From an uncultured Candidatus Saccharibacteria bacterium (GTDB taxonomy: Bacteria > Patescibacteriota > Minisyncoccia > Phycocordibacterales > DATGWK01): a stretch of DNA of 64,000 bases. Under the pieces are notes generated by a model, which saw only the letters and a program-made list of their open reading frames with translations, was not told the DNA's origin and ran no database searches. A program made the translations under genes and the position numbers. This document shows, one piece after another, positions 1 to 9,271 of this stretch (positions are counted from its first letter, which is position 1; every line of letters begins with the position of its first letter). The stretch lies in assembly GCA_964492195.1 (NCBI GenBank), contig CAZBJL010000004.1, positions 3,621 to 67,620 of the forward strand. Direction: 5' to 3'.

Positions 1-1062
1 TGTTCCACAGTCGGCACATACGGTGAGTGGCGAAAGACCTCGGCGGCTTGCAAAGATGACGAGTTGCTCGCTTTTTTCCCGGCTTCGAAGGATGAGGTTG
101 TATAGGTCTGTTGAAATCGGTTCGAACTTTTTTGCGGTTTTAATTTTCCGCATATCAATGATTCTCTGTTCGGCACTTGTTTGTATGCGAAGGGTTGGAG
201 GAGAAATTTCTCCCAATTCGTCATTTCGATATCGTGAAACGGTTTCTGTTCGGAGCAGTGTGTCGCCGTACACGAGTCGCGCATTAATTTCTTTACTGAA
301 CATTTCTGCAAAGATGCGAATGTCTGTAAATGGGCGAGAAATACTTTTATAACTTTTTGAATTTTCACGTTCAAGAATAATTGTGCCGATGTCTGTGCGC
401 GGCACAGAAAGAAATTGTCCTGTTGCGATGATGACGATTGGATGCGATTCGTTTGCGAGGTTTGTCCATCTGTCAATCAATTCTTTTTTCTTCATTCGTC
501 CGTGGAAAATGTACGAGTATTCACTGATACCTTTTTCGAGGAGCATTTCAGCCCGTTTGATGTCGCTCATCGTAGGCAAACATAAAAACACCGAACGCCC
601 ACGAGCAAATTCTTCGCGAATCAAACTTCTATAATGAGAAAAGCGATCATCGTCGTCTGTTTGAAGAATTGCTCCGTGAAGTCGCTGTGCGGTGCGTTCC
701 ACAGTTTTGGTACCGCCAAGGTCTGCAGCATTTTCAAGAATAATTTTTGGTACAAGTGAAGAAAGGAGACTGCCGAGCGTTGCAACGTGGTACTCTGCCG
801 TTTTTTCAACAGCTTTCATAAAAGGTACCGAAAGCAGACTTTCCGAAACAAGCGACGTTGTTTTTTTGTATGCAAACGTAGAGTTTTTTAATTCAAGGCG
901 AATGTTTTCTGCAGGCTGGCTTGCGATAACAAGCGCATTTACGGTTTTGCCTCGTAGAGGAACTTTGACGATCGCACCAGGAGAGACATCGTGCGCAGTA
1001 AAATAACTCAAGGATTCTTTGTGTATGCCTCGGCTAATGGGGATCACCTCGACGATTTTCAT
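1..1062 (-). CDS. priA: Primosomal protein N' (PriA-like), 3' end runs off the window; helicase motifs degenerate
   Basis: Manual translation from ATG 1062 (MKIVEVIPISRGIHKESLSYF...VKVPLRGK) stays open to position 1 and ends ...IFASRRGLSPLTVCADCGT, matching the PriA RRG motif and first Zn knuckle. Not in the ORF track. Confidence 0.85.
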   Translation of the reverse strand, partial: MKIVEVIPISRGIHKESLSYFTAHDVSPGAIVKVPLRGKTVNALVIASQPAENIRLELKNSTFAYKKTTSLVSESLLSVPFMKAVEKTAEYHVATLGSLLSSLVPKIILENAADLGGTKTVERTAQRLHGAILQTDDDDRFSHYRSLIREEFARGRSVFLCLPTMSDIKRAEMLLEKGISEYSYIFHGRMKKKELIDRWTNLANESHPIVIIATGQFLSVPRTDIGTIILERENSKSYKSISRPFTDIRIFAEMFSKEINARLVYGDTLLRTETVSRYRNDELGEISPPTLRIQTSAEQRIIDMRKIKTAKKFEPISTDLYNLILRSREKSEQLVIFASRRGLSPLTVCADCGT

Positions 1063-1074
1063 GCACCAATACTA

Positions 1075-2382
1075 CTAGAGAATTTTAATTTTCGCCCCTA
1101 GATTGTTGAGTCTTTTAATGATGTCTTCATAGCCGCGGTTAATACTATAGATATTTCGCAAAATAGATTTGCCTTCCGCGCCAAGCATGGCAATGAGAAT
1201 AATCGCGGCAGGACGGAGCGCAGGTGGGCATACAACTTCCGCAGCTGTAAGAGTGCTTGGACCAGTAATGTAAATACGATGCGGATCGGCGAGATGAGTT
1301 TCAACGCCAAGTTTGTCGAGTTCTTGTAAATGAATGGCTCTTTTTTCGTACACCCAGTCGTGGATGAATGTCGTACCGTGGGCTTGAGTTGCGATTGCGG
1401 CAAAGAAGGGAAGATTGTCGATATTGAGTCCTGGGTATGGCCGCGATTCAATTTTTTCTTCGAGAGCGGTGAGGGTTGAAGGGAATGTTTCTATGTCGAC
1501 GAGTTTTGTGTGACCATTTTTTGCAACATATTTTTTGAGAATATTGAATTTGAAACCCATTTTCTCGAGTTTTAAAAGTTCGATCTCTAGGAAATCAATC
1601 GGACAGCGTTCAATAATAATATTGGAGTTTGTTACAACCGCAGCAGTAATGAAAAACATAGACTCAATAGGGTCCTCGCTCAATTCATATGTAACATCTT
1701 CGTTGATGTTTTTCTTTCCGTGAATGGTAAGAGTTGTGGTGCCGATGCCTTCAATGTTTACTCCAAGTTTTTGGAGGAAAAAACAAACCTCCTGACCCAT
1801 ATAGTTCGCTGAAGCATATTTAATTATTGTCGTGCCGGGGATTCCTGCTGCCGCAATTATTGTGTTTTCGGTGACAGTGTCGCCAGATTCGTATAAAACG
1901 ATTTCATTCGGTTGCAATTCTCCCGTTTCAATTTCATACGTAGTGTCTGTTGTTTCTATCGAGACGCCAAGTTTTTCGAGCGCAAACAAATGCGGCTTTA
2001 CGGTGCGAGAGCCGAGTTTACATCCGCCAGCCTGGGGAAGACTAAATTTTTTAAGTGAATGGATAAGTGGCCCGATGAGTAGGATAACAACTCGAGTTTT
2101 TTCAGCCGTAACGGTGTCCAGTTTATCCATTGCAAATTCTGTCGGAGGAATGATCTCTAAATCATTGTCGATCCACTTTACTGAAACACCAATGCTTTCA
2201 AATACTTCGATCATTCTAAAAACCTCTTCTATTTTCGGCACCAGTTTAAGAGTGGTTTTTCCTCGGTTAAGCAAAGAAGCAGCCATAAGGCCTAGCGCTC
2301 CGTTTTTCGAAGTTTTTGTAACCACGGTGCCGTGGAGCGTCTGTTTGCCTTCAATTTCTATGTCTATTGCTTCAGCGTTCAT
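1075..2382 (-). CDS. murA: UDP-N-acetylglucosamine 1-carboxyvinyltransferase
   Basis: SKN motif, catalytic loop LPQAGGCKLGSR, PYPG, C-terminal INRGYE...LGAKI. Start moved to ATG 2382. Confidence 0.93.
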   Translation of the reverse strand: MNAEAIDIEIEGKQTLHGTVVTKTSKNGALGLMAASLLNRGKTTLKLVPKIEEVFRMIEVFESIGVSVKWIDNDLEIIPPTEFAMDKLDTVTAEKTRVVILLIGPLIHSLKKFSLPQAGGCKLGSRTVKPHLFALEKLGVSIETTDTTYEIETGELQPNEIVLYESGDTVTENTIIAAAGIPGTTIIKYASANYMGQEVCFFLQKLGVNIEGIGTTTLTIHGKKNINEDVTYELSEDPIESMFFITAAVVTNSNIIIERCPIDFLEIELLKLEKMGFKFNILKKYVAKNGHTKLVDIETFPSTLTALEEKIESRPYPGLNIDNLPFFAAIATQAHGTTFIHDWVYEKRAIHLQELDKLGVETHLADPHRIYITGPSTLTAAEVVCPPALRPAAIILIAMLGAEGKSILRNIYSINRGYEDIIKRLNNLGAKIKIL

Positions 2383-2484
2383 ATGAATTTGAGTAAATAT
2401 ACCACAGACATTCAATCGTCGCGCGGCGTGTTTGAAACGAAAAATTTGATACTTGTAACAAAAGACTTTACTATAGCGATACCT

Positions 2485-3498
2485 ATGGCGTTTTTCTCAA
2501 AAAAACTTGGCATTGATCTTGGTACGACAAGTACGCTTGTGTATGTGCCAGGAAAAGGAATCGTGTTGAACGAACCGTCAGTCGTTGCCGTTTCAGAAGA
2601 GGGGAATCAAATTATGGCAATCGGTATTGAGGCGAAAGAAATGATTGGCAAAACTCCGGACAGCATCGTCGCATATCGACCGATGAAAGACGGCGTCATC
2701 GCTGATTACCGCATTACCGAAGCGATGCTTCGATACTATATAAAGAAGGCGCTTGGTAAATACAATATTGTAAAGCCAGATGTAATCATTTCTGTTCCTG
2801 CCGGTATTACTTCGACAGAACGTCGAGCGGTTGTAGAGGCAGCACTCAAAGCTGGAGCTAAAAATGCCTATGTTGTAAAGGAACCAATCCTTGCCGCGAT
2901 CGGTGCGGGCATTCCTATTCATGAAGCAATAGGGCATATGATCGTCGACATCGGTGGTGGTACGACTGACATCGCTGTTATTTCACTCGGAGGTATCGTT
3001 GCGGCCAAGTCCGTAAAGTGTGCCGGCAATAAAATCGACTATGCAATTGCCGACTATATAAAGAAGACGTTCAACCTCGCGATCGGTGACAAAACAGCCG
3101 AAGAAGTAAAAATTAAAATTGGTTCGGCGATCCCGCTTGAAGAAGAATTAGTGCTCATGATCAAAGGACGGGATTTTGTTACAGGTTTGCCACGTTCTAT
3201 TGAAGTGAAGACAAATGAAATCACAAAAGCAATCACTAAAGAACTTCGGGAGATGATTAAGGCTATCAAGGATGTCTTCCAAGAAACTCCTCCCGAACTC
3301 GCTTCGGACATTATTGATCGCGGCATCATCATGACTGGCGGTTCTTCACAGCTTCGCAACTTGCCCGAACTTGTTTTTAGACGAACGGGGGTCAAAGCTG
3401 TCCTTGCCAAAGACGCACTCTTTTGTGTGGTCAACGGCACCGGTGTTGCGCTCGAACATCTCGACGTCTACAAGAAAACTATTTTGACGAAAAAGTAG
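2485..3498 (+). CDS. mreB: Rod shape-determining actin MreB/Mbl, standalone paralog
   Basis: GIDLGT, NEPSVVA, RPMKDGVIAD, VDIGGGTTD and MTGGSS motifs. Likely start ATG 2485. Confidence 0.93.
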   Translation: MAFFSKKLGIDLGTTSTLVYVPGKGIVLNEPSVVAVSEEGNQIMAIGIEAKEMIGKTPDSIVAYRPMKDGVIADYRITEAMLRYYIKKALGKYNIVKPDVIISVPAGITSTERRAVVEAALKAGAKNAYVVKEPILAAIGAGIPIHEAIGHMIVDIGGGTTDIAVISLGGIVAAKSVKCAGNKIDYAIADYIKKTFNLAIGDKTAEEVKIKIGSAIPLEEELVLMIKGRDFVTGLPRSIEVKTNEITKAITKELREMIKAIKDVFQETPPELASDIIDRGIIMTGGSSQLRNLPELVFRRTGVKAVLAKDALFCVVNGTGVALEHLDVYKKTILTKK

Positions 3499-3554
3499 GG
3501 TCGTGCGGTATTTTTGACAAGTAGTTAATTTTATTGCCCATATATTTTAGTAAG

Positions 3555-3583
3555 TTGACACGTGTGATTGTCAGTAGTATCGT
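3555..3583 (+). promoter_or_regulatory. sigma70-type promoter for the ORF-less unit
   Basis: TTGACA (3555-3560), 17 nt, TATCGT (3578-3583). Confidence 0.65.
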
Positions 3584-3589
3584 ATTTCT

Positions 3590-3967
3590 TAGATCGCTCA
3601 GAAAGGGGAAGAGCTACTCGGCTCGACCTGGTTTCCGAGTTCAGTGTTTAGGGTTCGTGACTTGAGATAGGGTGTATTTTTTTCCATGTGTTCTCAACGG
3701 ATTGAAGCGTAAGGCAACGTTTTTCTTCGGTGGTTCCCACACTGTGTGGTTGTGAACGGTTGCATTTGACCCAGCGGTAAGAGTTTCCCGCTAAGGCCAT
3801 CTGTACTCCTAGTACTACTTCCAAATAAGAGGACCATAGCCGATGTACGTGGCCACACACTCCAACATCTGGTTCAATGCGCATTCACCCTGTTTCAGGT
3901 CAAAAAGGTCTCACAGACCTCGAACTCCACGCGTCCCCCGACTGTCAAAACAGTCGGGGGTTTTTTT
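3590..3967 (+). ncRNA. Candidate large structured ncRNA, family unknown
   Basis: Own promoter and terminator, no credible ORF. 17-bp helix 3658-3674/3886-3902 with 3 G.U pairs, 7-bp helix 3651-3657/3921-3927, helix 3761-3771/3871-3881 and several hairpins. Confidence 0.65.
3935..3967 (+). terminator. Intrinsic terminator
   Basis: CCCCCGACTGT-CAAA-ACAGTCGGGGG followed by T7. Confidence 0.9.
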
Positions 3968-4000
3968 ATTCAATTTTTCCGGAATGCTATACTATTTTCC

Positions 4001-4702
4001 ATGTCGATGAATCCTCTCGTTGTAGATTTTTTAGGCGCACCGCGTCACCATGCGTATTTAGTTGTGGGGGATGCAGAGCAAGGCTATGAAGCGTTGCGAC
4101 TACTCATTCGAAAAAAGATTGTCGCAGGTGAAATCGATGCGTCGGATGTTTGGTCTCGGGCATATGCAAATGTAAGCATTGACGATGCTCGTGAAATAAA
4201 AGAAGTGCAAAATACCCGCCCGATCGGGAAGAGAAGAATTGTCGTTCTCTCTTTGTTTTCTATTCAGAACGAAGCGCAAAATTCTTTACTGAAGCTTTTT
4301 GAAGAACCGTCGTCGGACACCGTGTTTTTTATCTGTGCAGGGAATACGAGTATTTTCCTGCCGACGGTCTTGTCTCGTTTTTATATTGTTGAGTCGAACC
4401 TTGAAAGCAGTGGAAGCGAAGCGGGTCTGCTCACAAAATTTTTTGCAGGGTCAGTAAGCGAACGTGTGGCTCTTCTTGAACCAATTATCAAGGAAAAAGA
4501 TAAAGCAGAAGCTGAACGGTTTCTGGATTCCATTGAAGCAACTTTGTATAAGAATAAAAAAGCAATTGACTCAAACTCTCGCGTATTTGAAGATATTTTT
4601 TCAGCGCGACGATTTCTTCGAGGGCGTTCTCCGTCAGTTAAAATGATTCTCGAACATCTCTGTGGTATTGTTCCCTCAATTCAAGTAACTAAAAAAATAT
4701 GA
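4001..4702 (+). CDS. holB: DNA polymerase III delta-prime-like clamp-loader subunit (short form)
   Basis: HHAYL, SIDDAR, EAQNSLLKLFEEP and LPTVLSR motifs. Confidence 0.75.
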   Translation: MSMNPLVVDFLGAPRHHAYLVVGDAEQGYEALRLLIRKKIVAGEIDASDVWSRAYANVSIDDAREIKEVQNTRPIGKRRIVVLSLFSIQNEAQNSLLKLFEEPSSDTVFFICAGNTSIFLPTVLSRFYIVESNLESSGSEAGLLTKFFAGSVSERVALLEPIIKEKDKAEAERFLDSIEATLYKNKKAIDSNSRVFEDIFSARRFLRGRSPSVKMILEHLCGIVPSIQVTKKI

Positions 4703-5199
4703 CACTCGCAACTCATATGGTGACAGGTGCCACCGCTGCTGCAGTTTTTTCCTCTCATCCCGTAGAAGCTTTTTTTATTGGCTGGGCTTCGCATTATGTA
4801 TTTGATGCAATTCCGCACTGGGATTATTCGCTCGCATCCTTTTCTTCTGATTCCGAAAAACCTCTTGATACAAAAGTTACATTCAATCGATTTTTGTTTT
4901 TAGATATTGGTAAGGTTCTGCTCGATGTTCTGATTGGTGCACTCGTTGTGTATTTTTTGAGTGTCGGCGTAAATACATTTACGCTCACCATTTTATTTTT
5001 TGGAGCGATCGGTGGTGTTGTCCCGGATTTCCTCCAGTTTCTCTATGGATTTATAAAAATACCAATTCTTCGATCATTTCAGCAATTTCATAATTTTACG
5101 CACAGTAAAAAGAAATTGGATCACCGTCCACTGATCGGTATTACATCACAAGTCCTCATTATTGCGCTCGCGGGTACCATACTTTTGAGCACAGTATGA
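4699..5199 (+). CDS. Membrane protein, putative metal-dependent hydrolase (YdjM-like)
   Basis: Multiple hydrophobic helices with THxxxG, SHYVFDAIPH, PDFL and FHNFTH His/Asp motifs. Confidence 0.55.
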   Translation: MTLATHMVTGATAAAVFSSHPVEAFFIGWASHYVFDAIPHWDYSLASFSSDSEKPLDTKVTFNRFLFLDIGKVLLDVLIGALVVYFLSVGVNTFTLTILFFGAIGGVVPDFLQFLYGFIKIPILRSFQQFHNFTHSKKKLDHRPLIGITSQVLIIALAGTILLSTV

Positions 5200-5235
5200 T
5201 TTTTGGCAACTCTTTGTTAAAATGCTTCTACATAT

Positions 5236-5787
5236 ATGGCATACAATTTTTCTGAATTAAAAAAGGGTTTGGGTGAAGTCGAGTCATGGCTTATGAAAGA
5301 GTACGCAGGTTTGCGAACAGGCCGAGCAACACCGTCGATTTTGGATCACGTTATGGTGAGCTCATACGGCGACATGATGCCGATCAACCAAGTTGCAAGC
5401 ATTACCACAGAAGGCGCGCGAAGTCTCCGGATCGTGCCGTGGGATGTTGCTTTGCATAAGCTCATAGAAAAAGCGATCAATGATTCAAATCTCGGACTTT
5501 CTGTTTCTGTTGATGAAAAAGGTGTGCGTGTCCTTTTCCCAGAATTAACTTCGGAACGCAGAGTTGCTCTCATTAAACTTTCAAAACAAAAGCTCGAAGA
5601 TGCTCGTATTTCTGTTCGCAAAGAACGCGACAAAGTCTGGGACGATATTCAGGAAAAAGAAAAAGAGGGGATTCTTACCGAAGATGAAAAATTCCGTCTC
5701 AAAGACGAAATGCAAAAGATTGTCGACGAAGCAGGCAAAAGACTCCAGGTTTTGACTGACAAAAAGGAATTGGAAATGAACAGCTAA
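5236..5787 (+). CDS. frr: Ribosome recycling factor
   Basis: LRTGRATPSILD, PELTSERR and ARISVR motifs. Confidence 0.95.
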   Translation: MAYNFSELKKGLGEVESWLMKEYAGLRTGRATPSILDHVMVSSYGDMMPINQVASITTEGARSLRIVPWDVALHKLIEKAINDSNLGLSVSVDEKGVRVLFPELTSERRVALIKLSKQKLEDARISVRKERDKVWDDIQEKEKEGILTEDEKFRLKDEMQKIVDEAGKRLQVLTDKKELEMNS

Positions 5788-5790
5788 ATT

Positions 5791-6900
5791 ATGTCAATAA
5801 TACTTTTCGTCGTAATACTCGCAGTTCTCATTGTTGTTCATGAGTTCGGGCATTTTTTAGTAGCAAAATTATTCGGCATTCGCGTCGATGAATTCGGTGT
5901 TGGGTATCCGCCCAAAGCACTTACTCTCTTTACGTGGATGGGAACGAAGTTTACTTTGAACTGGCTTCCTTTTGGTGGCTTCGTGAAGATTTTTGGCGAA
6001 AATGGTATGGAACCAGAAACAACCATTTCATCTGACTCTTCTGCATCAGGTAAAAGTTTTGTCGCTGCTCGTCGGCCCGCACAGGCGCTTGTTCTGTTGG
6101 CCGGTGTAACCTTCAATATTATTTTTGCTTGGATTTTAATTTCCCTTGGTTTTATGGTTGGTTTGCCAACGCCTGTAGATTCTGTTGCAAATCATAGCGA
6201 TGTGAAAAATGCTCATCTAGTAATTACAACTGTTTCTGCAAACTCACCAGCGCTTGAGGGCGGGCTTAAAAGCGGGGATTCCATTACTGCTGTTTCCACT
6301 GAAAAAGCGACAGTGAAAGAACTCACTCCAGAAGCAGTTTCTGCATTTATTGCAAATCACGGTGAAGAAAAAATTAGTGTTGGGTATAGCCGTGGAAAGG
6401 AAAATGGAACTGTTACTATGTCACCACAAGAGGGAATTATCCCAAATCGAAAAGCGGTTGGAATTTCTATGGATATAATCGGCACTCTCTCTTTGCCAAT
6501 TCATAAGGCACTATGGGAAGGTGCACAAACGACTGGTAACCTCGCGGTGATGACTGCGGCAGGGCTTGGTACTTTTATATATGATGCATTCCGCGGTTCT
6601 TCTGATTTTTCTCAAGTTACTGGTCCCGTTGGAATTGTTGGTCTTGTGGGGGACGCATCGAGACTTGGGTTTGTGTATCTCATTTCATTTACTGCGTTTA
6701 TCTCCATAAATCTTGCGGTAATCAATCTCGTTCCGTTTCCCGCACTCGACGGCGGAAGACTTCTCTTTGTCATTATTGAATCAATCAAACGCTCACCAAT
6801 TTCTCCAAAAATCACCAATATCGCAAACGCCGCCGGTTTCATTCTACTCATTGGACTTATGGTTCTTGTGACAGTTCACGATGTGTTTAAGTTATTCTAA
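5791..6900 (+). CDS. rseP: RIP metalloprotease RseP (M50 with PDZ)
   Basis: HEFGH, LPFGGFVKI, PDZ region, GPVGI and NLVPFPALDGG motifs. Confidence 0.93.
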   Translation: MSIILFVVILAVLIVVHEFGHFLVAKLFGIRVDEFGVGYPPKALTLFTWMGTKFTLNWLPFGGFVKIFGENGMEPETTISSDSSASGKSFVAARRPAQALVLLAGVTFNIIFAWILISLGFMVGLPTPVDSVANHSDVKNAHLVITTVSANSPALEGGLKSGDSITAVSTEKATVKELTPEAVSAFIANHGEEKISVGYSRGKENGTVTMSPQEGIIPNRKAVGISMDIIGTLSLPIHKALWEGAQTTGNLAVMTAAGLGTFIYDAFRGSSDFSQVTGPVGIVGLVGDASRLGFVYLISFTAFISINLAVINLVPFPALDGGRLLFVIIESIKRSPISPKITNIANAAGFILLIGLMVLVTVHDVFKLF

Positions 6901-6952
6901 ATTCGTTACGTTTTGGTAGACCGTGCGGAGTTTTTCCTGTAATATGTTGTCG

Positions 6953-8206
6953 ATGCGTCAATCAACTCTCTTCACAAAAACTCGAAAAGAAGCTCCCAAA
7001 GATGAAGTGGCAAAAAATGCCGAACTTTTGATTCGAGCCGGGTTTGTTCACAAAGAATTAGCGGGCGTCTATTCTTTTTTGCCTCTTGGTCTTCGCGTTT
7101 TAAATAAAATTGTTGCAGTTATTAGAAAAGAAATGGTTGACCTTGGTGCCGAAGAAGTCTCTCTCGCTGCGATTCAAGATAAAAATACCTGGGAACAAAC
7201 AAATCGATGGAGCGATGCAGAAATGGACGTGTGGTTTAAAACTGAACTCAAAAATGGCACACAGGTTGGACTTGCTCCAACACACGAAGAGCCGCTCACA
7301 AAACTCATGAAGGATCACGTTCGTTCGTATCGTGATTTGCCTCGCTCCGTTTTTCAATTCCAAACAAAGTTTCGAAATGAAACTCGCGCAAAAAGTGGCA
7401 TCATGCGTGGCCGTGAATTTTTAATGAAAGATTTGTATTCTTTTTCTGCTGACGAAAAAAGTCATCAGGAATTCTACAATAAAGTTTCAGACGCATACCG
7501 CCGAATTTTCGATACAGTCGGAATTGGTTCAAAAACATTTTTAACGCGTGCGTCGGGCGGATCATTTTCAAAGTTCTCACACGAATTCCAAACGGTGTGC
7601 GACTCCGGCGAGGACACTATTTATACTCATGCGGATTCTGCTTTTGCGATCAATGAAGAAATTCATGGATCAGAAGAAGCCTTTGAAGGTACAAAAATTT
7701 CAAAAGAAGATTTCAAACCGCAAAAATCAATCGAAGTCGGTAACATTTTTAACCTCGGTACTCGTTTTTCTGAAGCACTCGGACTCACATTCCTCGATGA
7801 CAAGGGCAAACCTCAACCAGTAATTATGGGGAGCTACGGTATTGGTCCAGGAAGAGTAATGGGAACGATTGTAGAAGTGTTGTCCGACGAAAAGGGAATT
7901 GTGTGGCCAGAATCTGTTGCACCATTTACAGTTCATCTCATCGAAATTTCTGGAGCAGATGAAACTCACGCCGTTGCTGAAAAATTATATAAAACACTTA
8001 CACAGCTCGGACATGAAGTTTTGTACGACGATCGCGATCTTCGTCCCGGCGAAAAATTCGCTGACTCTGACCTCATCGGTATTCCGTATCGTGTCGTTGT
8101 GAGTGACAAAACAATAGCGGCTGGCGGTATCGAAGTTAAAAAAAGAATCGAAGAAAAAACAAACATTATTTCAGAAAAAGACCTCATCTCACTGCTTTCA
8201 GAATAA
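6953..8206 (+). CDS. proS: Proline--tRNA ligase (short form without editing insert)
   Basis: LAPTHEE, QTKFRNE, GIMRGREFLMKD, IEVGNIF and MGSYGIG motifs. Start ATG 6953. Confidence 0.95.
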   Translation: MRQSTLFTKTRKEAPKDEVAKNAELLIRAGFVHKELAGVYSFLPLGLRVLNKIVAVIRKEMVDLGAEEVSLAAIQDKNTWEQTNRWSDAEMDVWFKTELKNGTQVGLAPTHEEPLTKLMKDHVRSYRDLPRSVFQFQTKFRNETRAKSGIMRGREFLMKDLYSFSADEKSHQEFYNKVSDAYRRIFDTVGIGSKTFLTRASGGSFSKFSHEFQTVCDSGEDTIYTHADSAFAINEEIHGSEEAFEGTKISKEDFKPQKSIEVGNIFNLGTRFSEALGLTFLDDKGKPQPVIMGSYGIGPGRVMGTIVEVLSDEKGIVWPESVAPFTVHLIEISGADETHAVAEKLYKTLTQLGHEVLYDDRDLRPGEKFADSDLIGIPYRVVVSDKTIAAGGIEVKKRIEEKTNIISEKDLISLLSE

Positions 8207-8209
8207 CTC

Positions 8210-9271
8210 ATGAAAAAATTCGCTCATAAACTCTACACGATGTTCTCGAATGATATCGGGATTGACCTTGGTACTGCGAATACGCTCGTCTATGTTCGAG
8301 GAAGAGGGGTTGTGATAAATGAACCATCTGTTGTCGCGGTAAATCAAAAAACTGGTCGCGTGGTGGCAATTGGCAAAGAAGCAAAACAAATGCTTGGCCG
8401 TACACCACCGCATATTACAGCAGTGCGTCCTGTTGTTGATGGTGTCATTTCCGACTTCGAAGTAACGGAGGAAATGATTATTTATTTTATTAATTCCGCA
8501 CAACGAGAATCCAAAAAGTTTTTAGGACCGAAAGTTGTGGTGGGAGTTCCATCCGGAATCACGAACGTTGAAATCCGTGCAGTGAGAGATGCAATCAGAA
8601 ATGCCGGTGCTCGCGAAGTGTACGTTGTTGAAGAACCGGTTGCAGCTGCAATCGGTATGAAGCTTGCTGTGATGGAACCAGTCGGAAGCATGGTTGTGGA
8701 CATTGGTGGTGGCACCACAGACATTGCCGTTATTTCACTTGGTGGTATTGTCCGCTCCAAAAACGTCCGCATTGCTGGCGACAAATTCAACAGCGACATC
8801 ATGTCGTATATCCGCAGCGAATTTAAAATTATTGTTGGAGAAAAAACTGCCGAGAATGTAAAAATCGCAATTGGTTCTGCGATCCCGATGGGCCAGTCTA
8901 TGGAAGCAGTCATAAAAGGTCGTGACCTTGTCACAGGTTTACCCAAAGAGGTTATTGTTACCGACGCAGATATTCGGGAAGCGATGGCGCAGTCTGTGTA
9001 TATTTTGGTGGAATCTGTGCGAGAAGTTTTGGAAACTACTCCGCCGGAAATTCTTTCTGACGTCATGGGGCGCGGGTTGCACCTCGCGGGTGGCGGGGCA
9101 TTGTTGCGCGGCATGGGCCAGCTTCTCCACGATGTAGTAAAAATCCCTATTCATATTGCTGAAGATCCATTGACTTGTGTGGCTCGTGGTACAGGTATCA
9201 TTCTCGAAGACCTCCAGTATTTCAAAGATATTCTAATCGTAAATGAAGATGACTTACCTCCAAAAAAGTAG
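8210..9271 (+). CDS. mreB: Rod shape-determining protein MreB
   Basis: GIDLGTANT, DIGGGTTD and AGGGALL motifs; directly upstream of mreC. Confidence 0.95.
   Translation: MKKFAHKLYTMFSNDIGIDLGTANTLVYVRGRGVVINEPSVVAVNQKTGRVVAIGKEAKQMLGRTPPHITAVRPVVDGVISDFEVTEEMIIYFINSAQRESKKFLGPKVVVGVPSGITNVEIRAVRDAIRNAGAREVYVVEEPVAAAIGMKLAVMEPVGSMVVDIGGGTTDIAVISLGGIVRSKNVRIAGDKFNSDIMSYIRSEFKIIVGEKTAENVKIAIGSAIPMGQSMEAVIKGRDLVTGLPKEVIVTDADIREAMAQSVYILVESVREVLETTPPEILSDVMGRGLHLAGGGALLRGMGQLLHDVVKIPIHIAEDPLTCVARGTGIILEDLQYFKDILIVNEDDLPPKK

Noticed and set aside
3605-3935. tmRNA identity for the large intergenic RNA (GGGG near the 5' end, CTCCAC near the 3' end, similar length)
   Set aside because: There is no TTCRA T-loop, no D-loop-like segment, no CCA and no tag frame ending in Ala-Ala. 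Kept as an unknown ncRNA.
3648-4089. ORF-track ORFs 3648-3884 (-) and 3877-4089 (+)
   Set aside because: No recognisable motifs. One runs through a strong terminator into holB, and the other is antisense to the promoter-terminator unit.
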